Source: Podarcis erhardii (taxonomy: Eukaryota). Taken from it: 64,000 nt of DNA. Of this stretch, positions 12,241 through 25,800 are shown piece by piece. Made by a program: the position numbers and the translations under genes. Position 1 is the first letter of the stretch, and each line of letters starts with the position of its first letter. The DNA lies in the NCBI GenBank assembly GCA_964252035.1, contig OZ176206.1; one strand, written 5' to 3'. The notes under the pieces were generated by a model that was not told the DNA's origin, searched no databases, and saw only the letters and a list, made by a program, of their open reading frames with translations.

Positions 12241-12492
12241 CAGTCATACCTCGGGTTAAAGACACTTCGGGTTAAATCTTTTCAGGTTGCATCCCTCGGC
12301 GACCCAGAAGTAACAGAATGGGTTACTTCCGGGTTTCGCCACTTGTGCACGCACAGACGCTCAGAATGACGTCACACGCATGTGCAGACGCGGCAAATCG
12401 CGACCCGCGCACGCGCAGACGCGGGTTGCGTTCTGCTCATGATGCGAACGGAGCTCCAGAATGGATCCCGTTTGCATCCAGAGGTACCACTG
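12241..12492. mobile_element. Tc1/mariner-pogo type MITE, CpG-rich
   Basis: TIRs CAGTCATACCTC / GAGGTACCACTG with TA on both flanks. Confidence 0.88.
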
Positions 12493-12889
12493 TATGCTAA
12501 TATCTGAAAAGGTTACCCAGAAGATTCCTTTAGACTGGGTCAAGAACAGGTTTTCCAACACATTGATAAACAAGTTCCTCTCTATAAAAGCTGAGAGCAT
12601 GTCAAAAGATTAAACACTATTTATGGTGAGTTTGAGTAGTTAGCCTCATTGCAGTACAAAAAGCTCTTACCAGCCACCCCCCCCCTTTACAGGCACATAC
12701 TTGAAGACTGCAGTCCATCTTGATGTTAGGAGGCAGGGTAGCAAAAAGCCACTCACACCAGCAAACTAATGAAGCTGAAATTTCATTGAAATTTCCCAAT
12801 TCAGCTGTAAGTCCCAGAGGCCAACCAAACATGCTTCCAAAAGGCTAAAGCTGAGCACTTTTGCAGAGTCTGCAGTAGGACATGCTAAA

Positions 12890-12893
<4 letters not shown>

Positions 12894-12965
<72 letters not shown>
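12894..12965. repeat. Compound (TG)n(GA)n microsatellite
   Basis: Read directly from the sequence. Confidence 0.95.
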
Positions 12966-12970
<5 letters not shown>

Positions 12971-13614
12971 ATGCCAAACATGCACCATGAATAGCTAGCT
13001 TCCTTCACGCTTTTAATCTCTGAACCAGATTCATGAATGTAATCATTAAGAGGGTGCTGCCATCAAATCTTTGAAGAACACTAGGGGTCACAAAGGGAGA
13101 GAGAGTCCACCACACAGATGTCTGACACACAGAGATGTCTGATGCAGGCACTTTGCAGCATCTTGGGGTCCAAGAGGAAGAGGGGGGTCTGGAAGGCAAG
13201 CCAGCCATTCCCAGGTTTTTACCTCTAGGTTGTTGTTGGCATCCGTCTGCCTCAAGAAACAATGGAAGAGTGCACCATCTGGGGTAAAGTCAAACCGTTG
13301 GAGTTACAGTGCCTGTTGTGGCTGCAGAGACCAATACGGGAGAGACATGTTTTGCAAGAGAATTAGAGATAAATTAGAGTGATGGGTCTATTGTTGGTTA
13401 TTGACTTAATGAATCACTGGTGGACGTAATGATTTCAATGTTTTTATAACAGTTAAGTCACTTACAGAAAACTGTTGTTAAGTGGCATATTAAATACTTT
13501 TAGAAATCAGTGCGAAGGCAAGTCAAGAGAGGGCATGGGAAGCCATATTTCTGGTTGCAAAGATAGTTTAAACTGAAAATAAACTGCACCTCTGCAAGAC
13601 AAACGGCAAAATCC

Positions 13615-13955
13615 CCTCAAACTGGGATTTAAGGGGAGGAATTGCCAGCCCTATTTTACTGCCCTTATTGGGAGAATGAAGATGGTTCAAGGATAGTCCA
13701 GCTCCAAGGGCCTTCTGGCGGCTCCCTCACTGCAATAAGTGAAATTACAGGGAACCAGGCAGAGGGCCTTATTGGCAGTGGCGCCCTCCCTGTGGAACAC
13801 ACTCCCTTCAGATGTCAAGGAAATAAAGAACTACACAACTTTTATAAGACACCTGAAGGCAGCCCTGTATCAGGAAGTTTTTAATGTCTGGCATTTTATT
13901 ATGTTTTTATATGTGCTGGAAGATGCCCAGGCTGGCTGGGGCATAAATAATAAAA
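13615..13955 (+). mobile_element. L2 3' end fragment
   Basis: ...RALLAVAPSLWNTLPSDVKEIKNYTTFIRHLKAALY, followed by an AT-rich tail. Confidence 0.8.
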
Positions 13956-14899
13956 TTATTATTACTACTCCTACCACCATCATCTCATCATCCCCAAGAG
14001 ATATGCAGACTATCCTGTTCCCACAATATCATCTGCCACTTAACAGCTGCAAAAAGTTTCCATTGACAGTGCAGTTGGTTTTACAGGCTACTAAACACAT
14101 CATCCAAGGAGGATTCTCCTAGGTTGTTTTTGCTGCTGTTGAAATACTGTAAACCAGACTCCATTTTTTTTATCCCAGATACTAATCACTCACCCCATCT
14201 ATCGTGATCCACTCTTTACCATAATTAGCTAAATGCTTGCAAGCGTACTCATACACACACAGCTACTCATGACAAGAGTTAATAGAACAATTCTGATCCC
14301 AAATACCCAATCAGAGGAGTAAAACTCCTTCCTATCTAGTGCTCAAATAAAGAGGTTGACTAGGATGGTTGCAAGGGAGGGGAACACTTGTGAAGTCCAA
14401 AGAGGCCCCAACATGGCCCAATGTTTGTGGAACATTATGGAGTCACCTTTTGGGAAATCCTGCCATTCCTCCCCACAATCAAACATCAAGTAAGCCACAT
14501 TGCTCCTTCAGGACAACATTATTATTAAATGTGTACCCAAGCTCCCCATACATGACAGCTAGCACACACAATGTATCCCCTAACCCTGCCCTCCAACAAC
14601 AACAGAACAAAATAAGAGAGCAGCCACTAATAAAAATCTGCAGAAGGCAAACAATCACCCCCTCAAGTCAAAGACCTGCTTGAACAAAAAGCTCAATGTA
14701 TGCCCCAGCTTGTAGTTTTCTATTGCAGCAGATGGCAAATCTGAGAGAGGACTTTCTCCACGGCAGCATCCTGTCTCTGAATTCCCTCTCCTAGTAGATC
14801 AGGCACTTTCCTGATCTGAATATGTTCAGGCAGAATTTGAAGACATTTTTATTTGCCCAGGCTTTTGGAAGGATAGGAACACTCAGGCAATTTGGATTT

Positions 14900-15560
14900 T
14901 AAAACCTGTCATTTTTATTATTATTTTGGAAACGGTCATCAGATGTTATGCTTGCAGTTTCCCGGGGCACCCATTTTATGGAAGAAACAGTTGCCCAGGG
15001 TGACGGACTGGGTTTCCCTTGGGAAGGAGTTTCAAACCCGTGGTGTAGCCGCTGTAAAGGCCCTATTATACATCCTCACTTCAAATGTTTGCAGTACACA
15101 GAGATCTTAGTGTCTCCCAAAAATCTTAGAAGCAAGGCACTTCCATACAGGGGAAGAGAATCCATCAAGTATCTTGATCCTAAGCCATTAGAGCCTTTAA
15201 AAGCCATAAAAAGCACTGTGATTTTTTCCTGGAAATGCCTCCAATGTCAGTTATATTATTCAAACAATAGAGTCATGTGCCCTCCAAAATGGACCCTGTC
15301 CTCAGCATTCAGGACCAACTAAAGTTTCCGAACACTTTTAAAGGGCAGACTCATAGTCATCCAAATGAGATTTAGTTAGGGTAATACCCTCCTTCACAAA
15401 TTACAGTCTAGCCTTTGGAGATTAGCCATTTCCAAATACAGAGTCTGTAGTCTATCCTTCACTGCCTGTGGACAGCTGCACAGGGTGTTTCATTTAAAGA
15501 TGCCCCGTTGAGGTCAGGGGAGATTCTCAACAGGTCTTATATACCCGCTACTAAATCTGG
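14900..15560 (-). mobile_element. Old L2 fragment
   Basis: Degenerate antisense L2 3' motifs (gggaaggagtttc...aaggcccta; agcctttaaaagccataaaaagcac). Confidence 0.5.
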
Positions 15561-15786
15561 AATTGACCCCCCCCCCCAAAAAAAGTACAATACAGGCAAT
15601 AATAATCCAAAATGCCACACATCTGAGCAGAACACTTCTGGTTTTTTAAAAAATAATGTACCAGGGGCTAAATAGTATAGTGAAGAAAAAAGTAGTAGAT
15701 TTTAAAAGGAAAGTTAACTAGTGCTAAATTGTTAGGCCAACCAATCATAGAAACGTTTACTGGTGTTCAAAATATTGATATGTAGT

Positions 15787-16261
15787 TGTCATGGACTGGT
15801 TGGATGCAGAGAAGTGGTGGGAGGCCCAGTTGGGGAACCCCCACAGGAAGAAGGCTCAGAGCCAGGGTACTGGTGATGGGATGTGGACAGGTGGTCAAAG
15901 GGAGAAGAGGGAGATTGGGGGGAGGATGTGTCAGAAGCTGAAGAGGTAGCAGGGCTCAATGAGCAAGTGGAGGCAGGCTGGTCCTGCTGTGATCAGCCCT
16001 CTTCCCCCCTGGTGTCCCAGAAGACGCAGAGAAATGAAGAGGGTGGATCATAGAGAAACAAGAGAAAGGAGCCTTAGTTTGCTGGGGAAGGAACCTTAGA
16101 CAGCGGTGGAAAGGCAGGGATCTTTAGTCTTCACAACTGCCACAATTTGGGAAAGACCTACTGGGGAAAAGCCTGTACTGTTTTGGTTTCTTTGAATAGA
16201 GTTAACTTAACTGAAGCCGGGTGTTTTATTGCTGAACTATGCCTGACTCCGGCTCCTGACA
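15787..16261 (+). mobile_element. Solo LTR, probably Gypsy-type
   Basis: Termini TGTCA...TGACA; 5-bp flanks GTAGT/GAAGT (4/5 match); AATAGA about 60 bp before the end. Confidence 0.7.
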
Positions 16262-16906
16262 GAAGTTTAGAAAACACAATTTCAGCTATTTGAGACTATG
16301 TAGGATGATGAAACCTCTGCACCTTGACTGTAAGCCATAAGCCATCACACCTATTACTACCCATCTATCACTTCTCTACTTATTATCACTTTTCTTGAGT
16401 ATTTAAATATTCCTAGCCAAGGATGACTTATAATTTTTTTGAATACCAATTAACGGGAATGCCAACTTCAAACTGCAGCAAGATTACACACAGCCCTATT
16501 GTTCAAAGGACACTATAAAAGAATCACTGGCCAGTCCTCCAAGCCAGGAGCTGGTTCAGTCTTGCCCCACTGTTGTCCAGTAGACCCGGAAGAACTATTG
16601 TGCCACTAAAGGGACAAGGCTCCCCCTCCCCAACTCAGTCACAAGTTTCATTTGACAGAGAAAAAGATAAAGTTTGTACAGTCATCCATAGAGCAACAAC
16701 CATTTATTTGGGAGGGAACCACGACGTAAATATTCCACCTCATCTGGCACTGCCTCCAAAAATACAGATCAAAGAAACTGAAATACTAATTTCAGAGCAA
16801 AACATGGAAACAGAAATAAAAGGAATATGCCAAGTTATCCACAAAATTAAAGAGCACACAATGTTTTCTGCCTATAATGGCCCTTAGAAGGAAAATTAAG
16901 ACCCAC

Positions 16907-17331
16907 CTTTTCAGCTCCTCTTCTTTGATCCTCTCCTCTTCCCACAAGAACACACCTGTGACGGCTGCCATCAGCTTGCAGGCACTGGTATAACGCCCTA
17001 GGAATTTGCGCCACAAGGAGCTGAAGAGGCTTTTGCGTGTTCTCTCAGAGTAGATGTTACTGTACAGCTGTCCAATCTGCTGAGCACGCAGGACCCTATG
17101 GCCGGTCACATAGCTGCACTGGTTGGCCAGCAGCGAGAGTAGGTTTTTCTGCCTTGGACATTGCTCTGTTCCTTTCCGTAGCCAGGTGAGCAGCCACTGG
17201 TACCTGTCTTTCAAGGACTTCTCATTTTGCCAAACAAGTTGTAGTTTCCCTTTGTAGCCGATGAAGCGGGCAGTATTCGTGCAGTAGGAATAAATGCTGG
17301 AGGGAGGCCTCCAATGAAGTGGGTGGAACAT
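16907..17331 (-). CDS. STARD7: STARD7 first coding exon (exon 2; acceptor at 17350)
   Basis: MFHPLH...LLSLLANQCSYVTGHRVLRAQQIGQLY...MAAVTGVFLWEEERIKEEELKR; in-frame TGA 15 nt upstream fixes the ATG; total CDS 1245 nt = 414 aa. Confidence 0.92.
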
Positions 17332-20100
17332 TCCTGCCAAGCCTCACGGACTTGGGAAGAGAGATCAGAACAGAAAATTAGTCACAAAAGATGCCAACAG
17401 AAGTCTTTCACACCTACGTGCTTAGAATATGCCCTACTAACTTTGCAGCTCTGCCGTTCCCAGGCTTTAGCCTCACGCTAGGCTTCCAAAAGCCACCAAA
17501 GGAACAAAGAAGCAAGTGTAGCCACATTGGAAAGTACCCCTACCTCCCACCAACAATCCATCAAAACCTTGACAGAAGACTTATTTACCTCACTAACATC
17601 AAATAGATGAAGAGCAACTATGGAATTTCAGTTACCTGAATGACAGTAATGCAATTTTTAAAAGCTCTCACCATAACAGACCCTTGCTTTGTTCAGTGTG
17701 AGTATGCATGATTTTTCTGTGTTACTGCATAGCAAAAAGTTTCTAAAAAATTATTTTGCCCTGCTGTGTTTTATAGATGAAATCACAAGCCACTTCATCC
17801 AATTAACATATAGCACAACCAAGAGGATTAGTGTGCTGTTATTCCCAAAGCACAATTGCCGTTACTATTTTAGTTAAGTCATTCTATTTATTTTAAAACA
17901 GAATTTACTCAGTTGCTTGAAATTAGACTAAGCAAGCTCATTTAGGCCAAAAGAGAAGGTGGCCAGGAAATTTATAATACACCAGCAGATAGGTCAATTC
18001 ATGCATTGTTTGAATCTGTGGTATCTAACTTTCCCTTCTGTTCAAGCACAGTTTTTCTTCAAGTGGATACCAGGCAGATCCACAAGAAAATATACAAATT
18101 AATGATTAGCTTCTGTCAGCCAGCACAGTAATAGTCAACAGGAAGAATACAGAAAAGGTGGAGGAGGGGGATTAGTCTGAAAAGTGTCATTTTGAAAGCT
18201 TTGAGCAAGTAGCTTGTCTAAAAAAATATGTCTCCCCAAAAGCAGTAGAATCATTGATATGGCTTGCGGGGAAGAAATAGGATAAACACCACCAAACTAC
18301 ACAAATCAAATGAAAGGGGCAAATTGTTCACTGCATTCCTTTGCCAGAAATTCTGCTTATCAAACTGGAGACACACCCTCCCACAATTTTCCAGTGATTT
18401 GACCTCCTCTCCAATCAGAGAAGGAGCCAAAAATAAACAGGCTCTCTCCCAGCTCCACCTTGCTTTCACAATACAGCAAAACCTGGCAGGTAATCTGCAT
18501 TAGCAGCATTAGCTTTCAGTCTTTCAAACAGCCTAAACTTAACAATCACCCAGCAATGACCCTGGTGCAGGACCATTAATAGTCACGCCTGTACTCTAAG
18601 CATGAAAGAGGAAGAAGTGTTTGACAGGCATCTTTTTGCACACAAGGCATTCTGCAGCAGCTGCAATGGAACACCCTCACCCAGGATTGCTTCAGGGTTT
18701 GCACAAGAATATTAAGGTAACAGATAAATGAGCAGCAATTGCTTTTCTCTTTCAGCTGCTGTAGCTGATCCCAAGCACAAACCTGTTAGTCCCTTAATGG
18801 CCAAGAAGTTTGTGGACAGGAGCAGGAAGCTCTGGGTGCAATCTTAAAACTGACATTCCTTCGCAATTCTGTGCTGACAAGCAGCCACTGATTCTTTGAC
18901 AGGACCACAGTAAGCCATTTACAGCTCTAACCTACATTGTGAGTTGAATGGAGATTAGTCCCAAATAAGTGCAGCCTAATTCTTTCAGGTGTCACAGAAG
19001 ATTAGACATTAGCATGCCTTAAGGTTACAGAAGCCCTCCAACCCATCCAGTCAGGTGCAAAGACCCTTCCTCCTGTAAGTCTTTTGAGGCCTTTTGTGCC
19101 TCCTGGACAGAGGGTAGTAAGCAACTAAATTCTACTCAGTGGAAACCCACTGAAATTAATGGAATAATGAAATTGAAATTAAAGGGGTCTACTAAGCATG
19201 ACTGTTGGATACAGCCTAGATCATCCTGCCTGCAAACCACTAATAATCTTTATTTGGGCTACTCTGTTTGCTGACAAAGTTCTGAGTAAACAAAAACACC
19301 AAAAAATTGCTTTTCCCCAAATTCTTTACATGGAAATATTTAAATTTGCAAATTATTTATAAAGGCTTTGTGTTTACTGGCACATGAGATGGTTACAACA
19401 AAGAACGGAAGCGAAGAACAATATTCCTTAGGTGATAAAGCAAGTAAATAGCAAAGCTTCCTTCAGGAATCTAGGTCCAAATCTCTAGATCAGCCTTCTT
19501 AGTGGCATAGGAACTGCACCCAATTCACTACAGGAGAAAAAGAAATGCTACAGATTTTCAGAGTGAACCAGAAATACAGTACTTAATTACTGTGAAGGCT
19601 GGCAACAGTAACCCCTCCATGGGGGAATCCCTTGCAGATGACTGCAGCTCCTAGAGACAGGCAGTAAGAATGTATTTCCTCAGCAATGCCCAAAGAACCA
19701 CCACCATGGTGCACCAGCAAAACCTTCATCTACCCCAGCTGCAGCAAAGCATGTCTGCCCCATACTGGTTTCTACAGCCACATCAGGCACTACAATTCCC
19801 AGAATGGTTTAACAACCAATCCTTCCCAGAGAACTCTAGAAATTGCACCTTTGCAAGGGGAATAGGGGGCCTCCTAAAAACTCTCAGCACACCTAACAAA
19901 CTACAGTTCCCATAATTCTTTGGGAGAAACCATGACTGTTTTAAATCCTATTACAGCACCAGAAATGTACAGTGTAACTGTGGCCTTGGCCAGGTCCATT
20001 AATTTTAACAGGGGTCTACTCTAATGCCACCCTGCAACCCTAATCATTATTCTGTTTATTTACTGTATTTCTATACTGCCCTTCATCCAAGGATCACAGT

Positions 20101-20651
20101 TAGGGGTGTGTGATATATTGATATTTTGTCTCTTACTGGTATGAACTCCAGACTGAGATAAAGGTTTCATATTTTTTCACCTTGTAATGTCTTGAGATTG
20201 CACTGCCCAGCTGGCCTTGCAGACCTGGCAAGCAGGAAGCAGGGAGGTTGTACACTCTCCTTCCCGGGGGGGGGGGGGGGTTAAGCAGAGGTTGGATGAC
20301 CATCTGTAACTAGGCACCATGTGGAACCTAGATTGTCTACCTGACTTTCTAAACTTGATCTGCACCAGTTCCTAATTTGTTACAGGGCCCAATTCAAGGT
20401 GTAACTATGGGTATATAAAGCCCTTAACAGAACAGTAATAGATTCTCCAGAAATCTTTAATGATTTAATTAAACGTGCTATCACTGCGTAATTTTCCATT
20501 TAATTACACGCATCAATTTTAGATTTTTATTCTTTTCAATATTTTTACTAGATTATTATAAGCTCCAACCTTATTTCAGATATATATCGAGATATCGATG
20601 TTTAGCTGGCATTATACCGTGATATCGAAAACCAGAAACTGTCCAGCCCTA
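20101..20651. mobile_element. hAT-type non-autonomous element
   Basis: Termini TAGGGGTG...CAGCCCTA; 8-bp flanks ATCACAGT/GTCACAGT; subterminal GATATCG motifs. Confidence 0.75.
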
Positions 20652-20659
20652 GTCACAGT

Positions 20660-21620
20660 ATAAAAGCACACAATATAGTGGCAAAATCCCGTGGCCCGCT
20701 AAGCAGCTCAACTCCGGCCCCCAGCGACGCACCCCCCTGTCGCGGCCGCGATCTGCGCTCTGGCCTAGGCGTGTGCGCGCATTCCCCTGAGGGGCGTGCC
20801 GAATGAGGCAAGAGGGCCGCGCACGCAAAGGCGCCACGTCTGGGCCAAAGGGGAGCAAAGAAGGGCGAGCCCCGCAGGCTGGGCAGGGAAGGAAAGAGGC
20901 CCAGGCCGCTTAACGGGGGGAGACGGGAGGGGCTTGGCTTGCCGGTTCTTCCTGAGGAGCCTCTTCCCGCCCGACTCGGGCCAGGGCCTCCCCGAGAATT
21001 CGGAGGGACCGACTCCCCAACCCTCCCCCGCCAGGAGGCGGGCGACCTTCAGCACCAACTCACCTGGCGACCCGCGCCCAGCGGCCTAGCGGACTGAGAG
21101 GCGACGCGCTCCGGGTGGCTCCAGCCTGCCGCCCTCCGCTTCCCCTCACAGCCAAGAAGCCCCCGCACGAGCGACACTCCGCCCGCCCGACCGCCCGCTG
21201 CGTCCCGCCCCCTGCCCTCTAGGCCCCGCCCGCCGGTCCTTCGACAGCGCCCCGCCATTGGCCGCTCCCTCACCGTCCTCGCCGTCCGGTTGGAGAAGAG
21301 GGGCATCCGTCTTCTTTCCGCAGCCAGCAGGTTAGGCTGCCCCAGCTCCTTCGTTTGATCTTGCTGTCAGCCGCCGCCAAGCCTCCTCTCTGCCTTGTGA
21401 CCCGCTCAAGGGCGCCTTGGAGACAGCAGGTCCCCACTCGGGGCTGCCCCTCGCGATGCCTGCGTGGCTTGCTGGAGGACGAGCTGTGTTTTTGGTAAGG
21501 TCAGGCCACCGCCACCGACTCACATGTAGACACCTTTTCCCCTCACACCAAGCTTCAGAAACAAAGCCTCTTATCGCACTTAAGAACGGCGGAACTGCGC
21601 CGGGTATGAAAATCAGCAAG
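20660..21620. promoter_or_regulatory. CpG island / STARD7 promoter
   Basis: High GC and CpG content, GC boxes, CCGCCATTGGCC (CCAAT on - strand) at about 21252-21263. Confidence 0.88.
21064..21240 (-). other. STARD7: STARD7 non-coding exon 1 (5' end approximate)
   Basis: Strong donor CAG|GTGAGT at 21064 inside the CpG island; the coding exon at 17350 has an acceptor and needs an upstream exon. Confidence 0.7.
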
Positions 21621-21685
21621 CGCTACCACCACCCTTTGCTAAATCTTCATGTACTGAGGAAACGTAAAACATGTCACCCTTCTGC

Positions 21686-21717
<32 letters not shown>
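21686..21717. repeat. (ATTG)8 microsatellite
   Basis: Read directly from the sequence. Confidence 0.95.
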
Positions 21718-22472
21718 CGTATAAGCGACCGAAAAGGCAGTGCAGGATAATGGTTGAGGCGGGACACCAGCGTCCCAATCCCCAGTCAGGGTTGGTGTAA
21801 GAACACGGCAGTCCCTTGCACGTCATCCTGAGCTCAATTATGAGTTAGGCAATTATGAGTTACTCAAGTTCAATTAATTAATGTTACTACGCTTCTCTTT
21901 CTCCTCCCTCTCCACCAGGTTCGGAGGCTAATATTTCAAAAACTTGGAACTCCTGCTAGGACCCGGAGCTTAGAAGCCACACACTTCCATTAAAACAAGG
22001 AGAACCTGCGACCCTCCAGACATTGCTGGGCTCCAACTCCCAGCAGCAGCAGCAGCAGCCAGGCAGGCAAATAAACTGGTGATGGGGGTTGTAGCAGTGC
22101 AGCATTCATCCCTGCACTGAAATGGCAGTAGAGGAAATGTTAAAAGATGTATTCTCCCTTGTAGGCAAAACAGAACTTTCATAAAGCGCTAAATGATTAC
22201 TGTACTTCAAACACCTCAAGCCAATTAAAGCTGGCAGCAATCAAAATCAGTTTCAGTAAAACTTTTAATCCTAGATTTTCAATAATTCTCATAGGCTTTG
22301 AACACATGTTTGAATCATTTTGCACTGCTATATTGCCATAATGGGGAATACGCTACATGGATCCATAATTTTAAAGATAACAAATCTAACAAGAAGTTTT
22401 TATTAAATGTGAAGTTACCATATCACAGGGAAAACTTCCCTCCCATCAGGATCTTCAAAACAACAATATTAG

Positions 22473-22840
22473 TAAAGGTAAGGTAAAACAACCCAGGACA
22501 GTTAAGACCAGTCAAATTTGACTAGGGTGCGGCGCTCATCTCCGTTTTCAAGCTGAGGGAGCTGGCATTTGTCCACAGACAGCTTTTCCTGGTCCTGTGG
22601 CCAACATGACTAAGCCACTTCTGGTGCATGGGACACTGACGAGTGCCAAAGCACATGGAAACGCCTTTTACCTTCCCGCAAAGGCAGTACCTATTTACTC
22701 ATGCTGGTATACTTTTGAACTGCTAGGTTGGCAGGAGCTGGGACAAAGCAACGGGAGCTCACCCCATAGTGTGGATTTGAACTATCGGCAAGCCCAAGAG
22801 GCTTGGTGGTTTAGACCACAGCAGCACCCACATCCTCTTA
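22473..22840 (-). mobile_element. Sauria SINE
   Basis: (AAAGGT) antisense tail; core gtggccaacatgactaagccacttctgg. Confidence 0.85.
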
Positions 22841-25800
22841 TAAAGATGCATATTCAAACCCAAATGTGATCAGTTGCTTAAAATACAGAAGTTAATCACT
22901 TTTTTAAAAAGTTTACGTAGATGCCACCCTGCAGAACATTTGTCTTTGAATTTCTGTTGGGTAACATGTTGCCATACCTTTTGAGTACAGTATTTTACAA
23001 TTCGGTCAATTGGGGGTGGTAGCGTGAGAACAAACAAATCTAAAATACTTGGATGTGAGATGCTACCCTCCTCTCTGGGGCATAGATGTTCAGAGAACAA
23101 ATAAAGCAGTATTTGCTCTGAAAACGTGTACCTTGTGAGAGAACTTGAGTTGACCAAGGCATTACAGTCAAAATAACTTCAATCAATATACCACTCTATA
23201 GAATTGCTCTCATTTTGCAAAGCCACAGGCACCCAGATCTTAGTGCAAGAAAATCCACAAGACCTCTACTCTGTAACAAAGTATTTCATTCTTGTCTTGG
23301 CAAATTCAGGACCACTTCTATCCCCATCCTTTTCATGTCAGCTGTGAAGCCATGACATACACTATACCTCTCCCACCTCCTGGAGTCAAACTTTAGACTG
23401 TACGTCCCTAATAGCAAAGACCTTTGTTTTGTGATTATCTGTCTATCTCTGCAGCTATAGAGACATTCTCTTGGTAGTGTGTATATTGGTGTTTTCACAG
23501 GTAGTTCCACAGCTTTAAAACTGCCTTCGTCCAGAGATGCAAGTGCCCTCCAGTAGTGATGCAAGACCCCTAGATATATCACTAGCCTTCATAGATAAGA
23601 GAGACTAGAAATTCTAATTCCGGAGTCATGCATTAGCCTTAGAAGCAACAAGTTCAAGACAAGTTGACAAGTTGGCTAAGGAACAATTTGCACTAAAGGA
23701 CAGTAGTATAATGGTTTTGACAGCAAAGTTTTAAAAAAAAAGCTTTTTAAGATGCACATGCAAGGCAGTGGCCTTTGGTGACTGACAGACAGCTTATACA
23801 CAAGCAAACAATAGGCAGGTCTGGTTAATGCTTTCTAATGGTGTGATGGTGTGTGGGTGAACAAGATTGCCCAGTTATGTGGTAATTTCTCTCAGCCATA
23901 GTATAAACACCCAAAAAAAGACTATTTACATCCTTATTTTATTTTTGGTAGAAAAGGGTATTCAGGATTTTACAGATGGATTTAATCAACAGTGCTTCAT
24001 GAATGTTGTTCAAGGTCTAAAAATGATCACAGTAACCAAGTACACATGGAAACCAGTTTTGGTCAAGTCCCCTCTGTGGAAACAAGCTGAATGGAGCCAC
24101 CTCCATACTGGAGATAAGTCAAACTCCCTTTGGCACATGGAGGTGCTGCCAGTGTTGCTTTCCCTTCTCAGGGCCAGAAAAAGAGAAGACTGCAAGAGTG
24201 ACCAGCAAAATATTCCCGAGACTAATCACTGATCTCTTCAATAGCCAAAGATTAGAGATTAGGTGGAGATAGTAAAATTATGCATACTATTTACAGCCAA
24301 ACTCTTTTCTCATATGCAGCAGTGGGGAGGGGGAGGAGAGAGGGGGAAGGGACAGTCTCTGCTCACACCACATACAAAAGGAGCTACAGAGTCAGCTCTG
24401 CAGACATGTGGAAGGCCCTCCTCTGGTAAAGACAGTGAGCAATAATGAGAAGAGAACACAAAATCAATGCACCAATGGCACATTCATCATTCACTGGACT
24501 GGAGCTGAATGAAAACCACTCTTTGTCTACTCTCCTACAAGCTGCTTTTTAAAGACAGACTTCTTTCAAATTCTACAATTTAATCCCATTTCTCTATCTT
24601 CTGAAGGACACAGAGAGGGAAGCACCTTATCAGAATCCAATTAAAGCCCCCGTTTTCAAGCGATTAGGATAACACAAAGGAGTCACTCCTCACTGTGATG
24701 TGTAACATTTCATACTTGTAGCAGGAAAATCTCAGCTACACTGCACATTACTTTTGCATGAACCAGTTCTAGACAGAGAGAAGCTAGCAGACTGAAATCA
24801 GATAGACATCTGAAAGACAGGCGTGTCCTCAGGATATAGCTTCAGCATATCCTGAATGGCAACCTGTTTCATGGAAGTTTCACTGTTGAATCTCTTGTCT
24901 TCCTAAGTTAAAGCAGGTCTTGCTTTTAGTTCTCCAAAGTGCCATCCCCTCATTTTTATTCTAAACTGAAGCAGGCATCTCTTTCATCCACTCCCCCCCC
25001 CCATCTTTTCAGTTCAACATAACATCCCACCTAGTCATCAGAAAAGAGCTGCAGTGAGTAGGTCAAGTTCCTGGCTTATTCAAAGCAATTTTAGTTCAAA
25101 GCACTACAGTACACAAAGAAAAAGAGGATGTCAGTCATTACACAGAGCATCATGCACCATCTTGCATCACTGCCTGCAACTATCAGGAATATCTCTGCCT
25201 CTCAGTTAAACAGTGGCTTAAGTTGGAAGAATTGCCTTTTGGGCTGGAGAGCTTAAAAACCAGAAGTAAATATAGTTTCAATTAAAATAGATTAAAAAAT
25301 TAAAATCAAGCCTAGGATCAGATTTTGCATATAGTCTTGTGATAAACAAATGGGTGCCAATACTATTTCTCAAAAACTGGGACATGAGTGTGCACAGAGG
25401 TATGTACACATGTGCCAACACAAACACACACACCTGTGCCAACTGGAATGATAACCCTTTTAAAGGTGTTGTTCCTTTACCTCAAAAGGTAGCCCAGTCC
25501 ACCCAGGAGATATTTAGTAGTGGCAACATCCTGGAGGTGGCTCTGCCAAGTTTTGTTGGTTCTCCTCCCCCCCCTTCCCAATGCCTATGGAGGAATGGGG
25601 GCTACGAGAACAGCAAATAAAGTGCAAAATGTTTCTCTTAAGTAGCATGAGGCAGAATGTGGGAGAGGAAGAAGCAATGGTGGCAGCAAGCTTACCATGC
25701 CTTTCAGAGAGCACATGAATCAACCCAAATGTGTCACCTCCCCACAAACCAGTGCATAGAGAAGGATTCCCACCTTCTGATGTGCTAAATGAAGAACATC

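Noticed and set aside
13225-13365. Segment resembling a LINE (RTE/Vingi-like) 5' end, a class that can carry HDV-like ribozymes
   Set aside because: Too degenerate; I could not build the nested double pseudoknot, and the family assignment is uncertain
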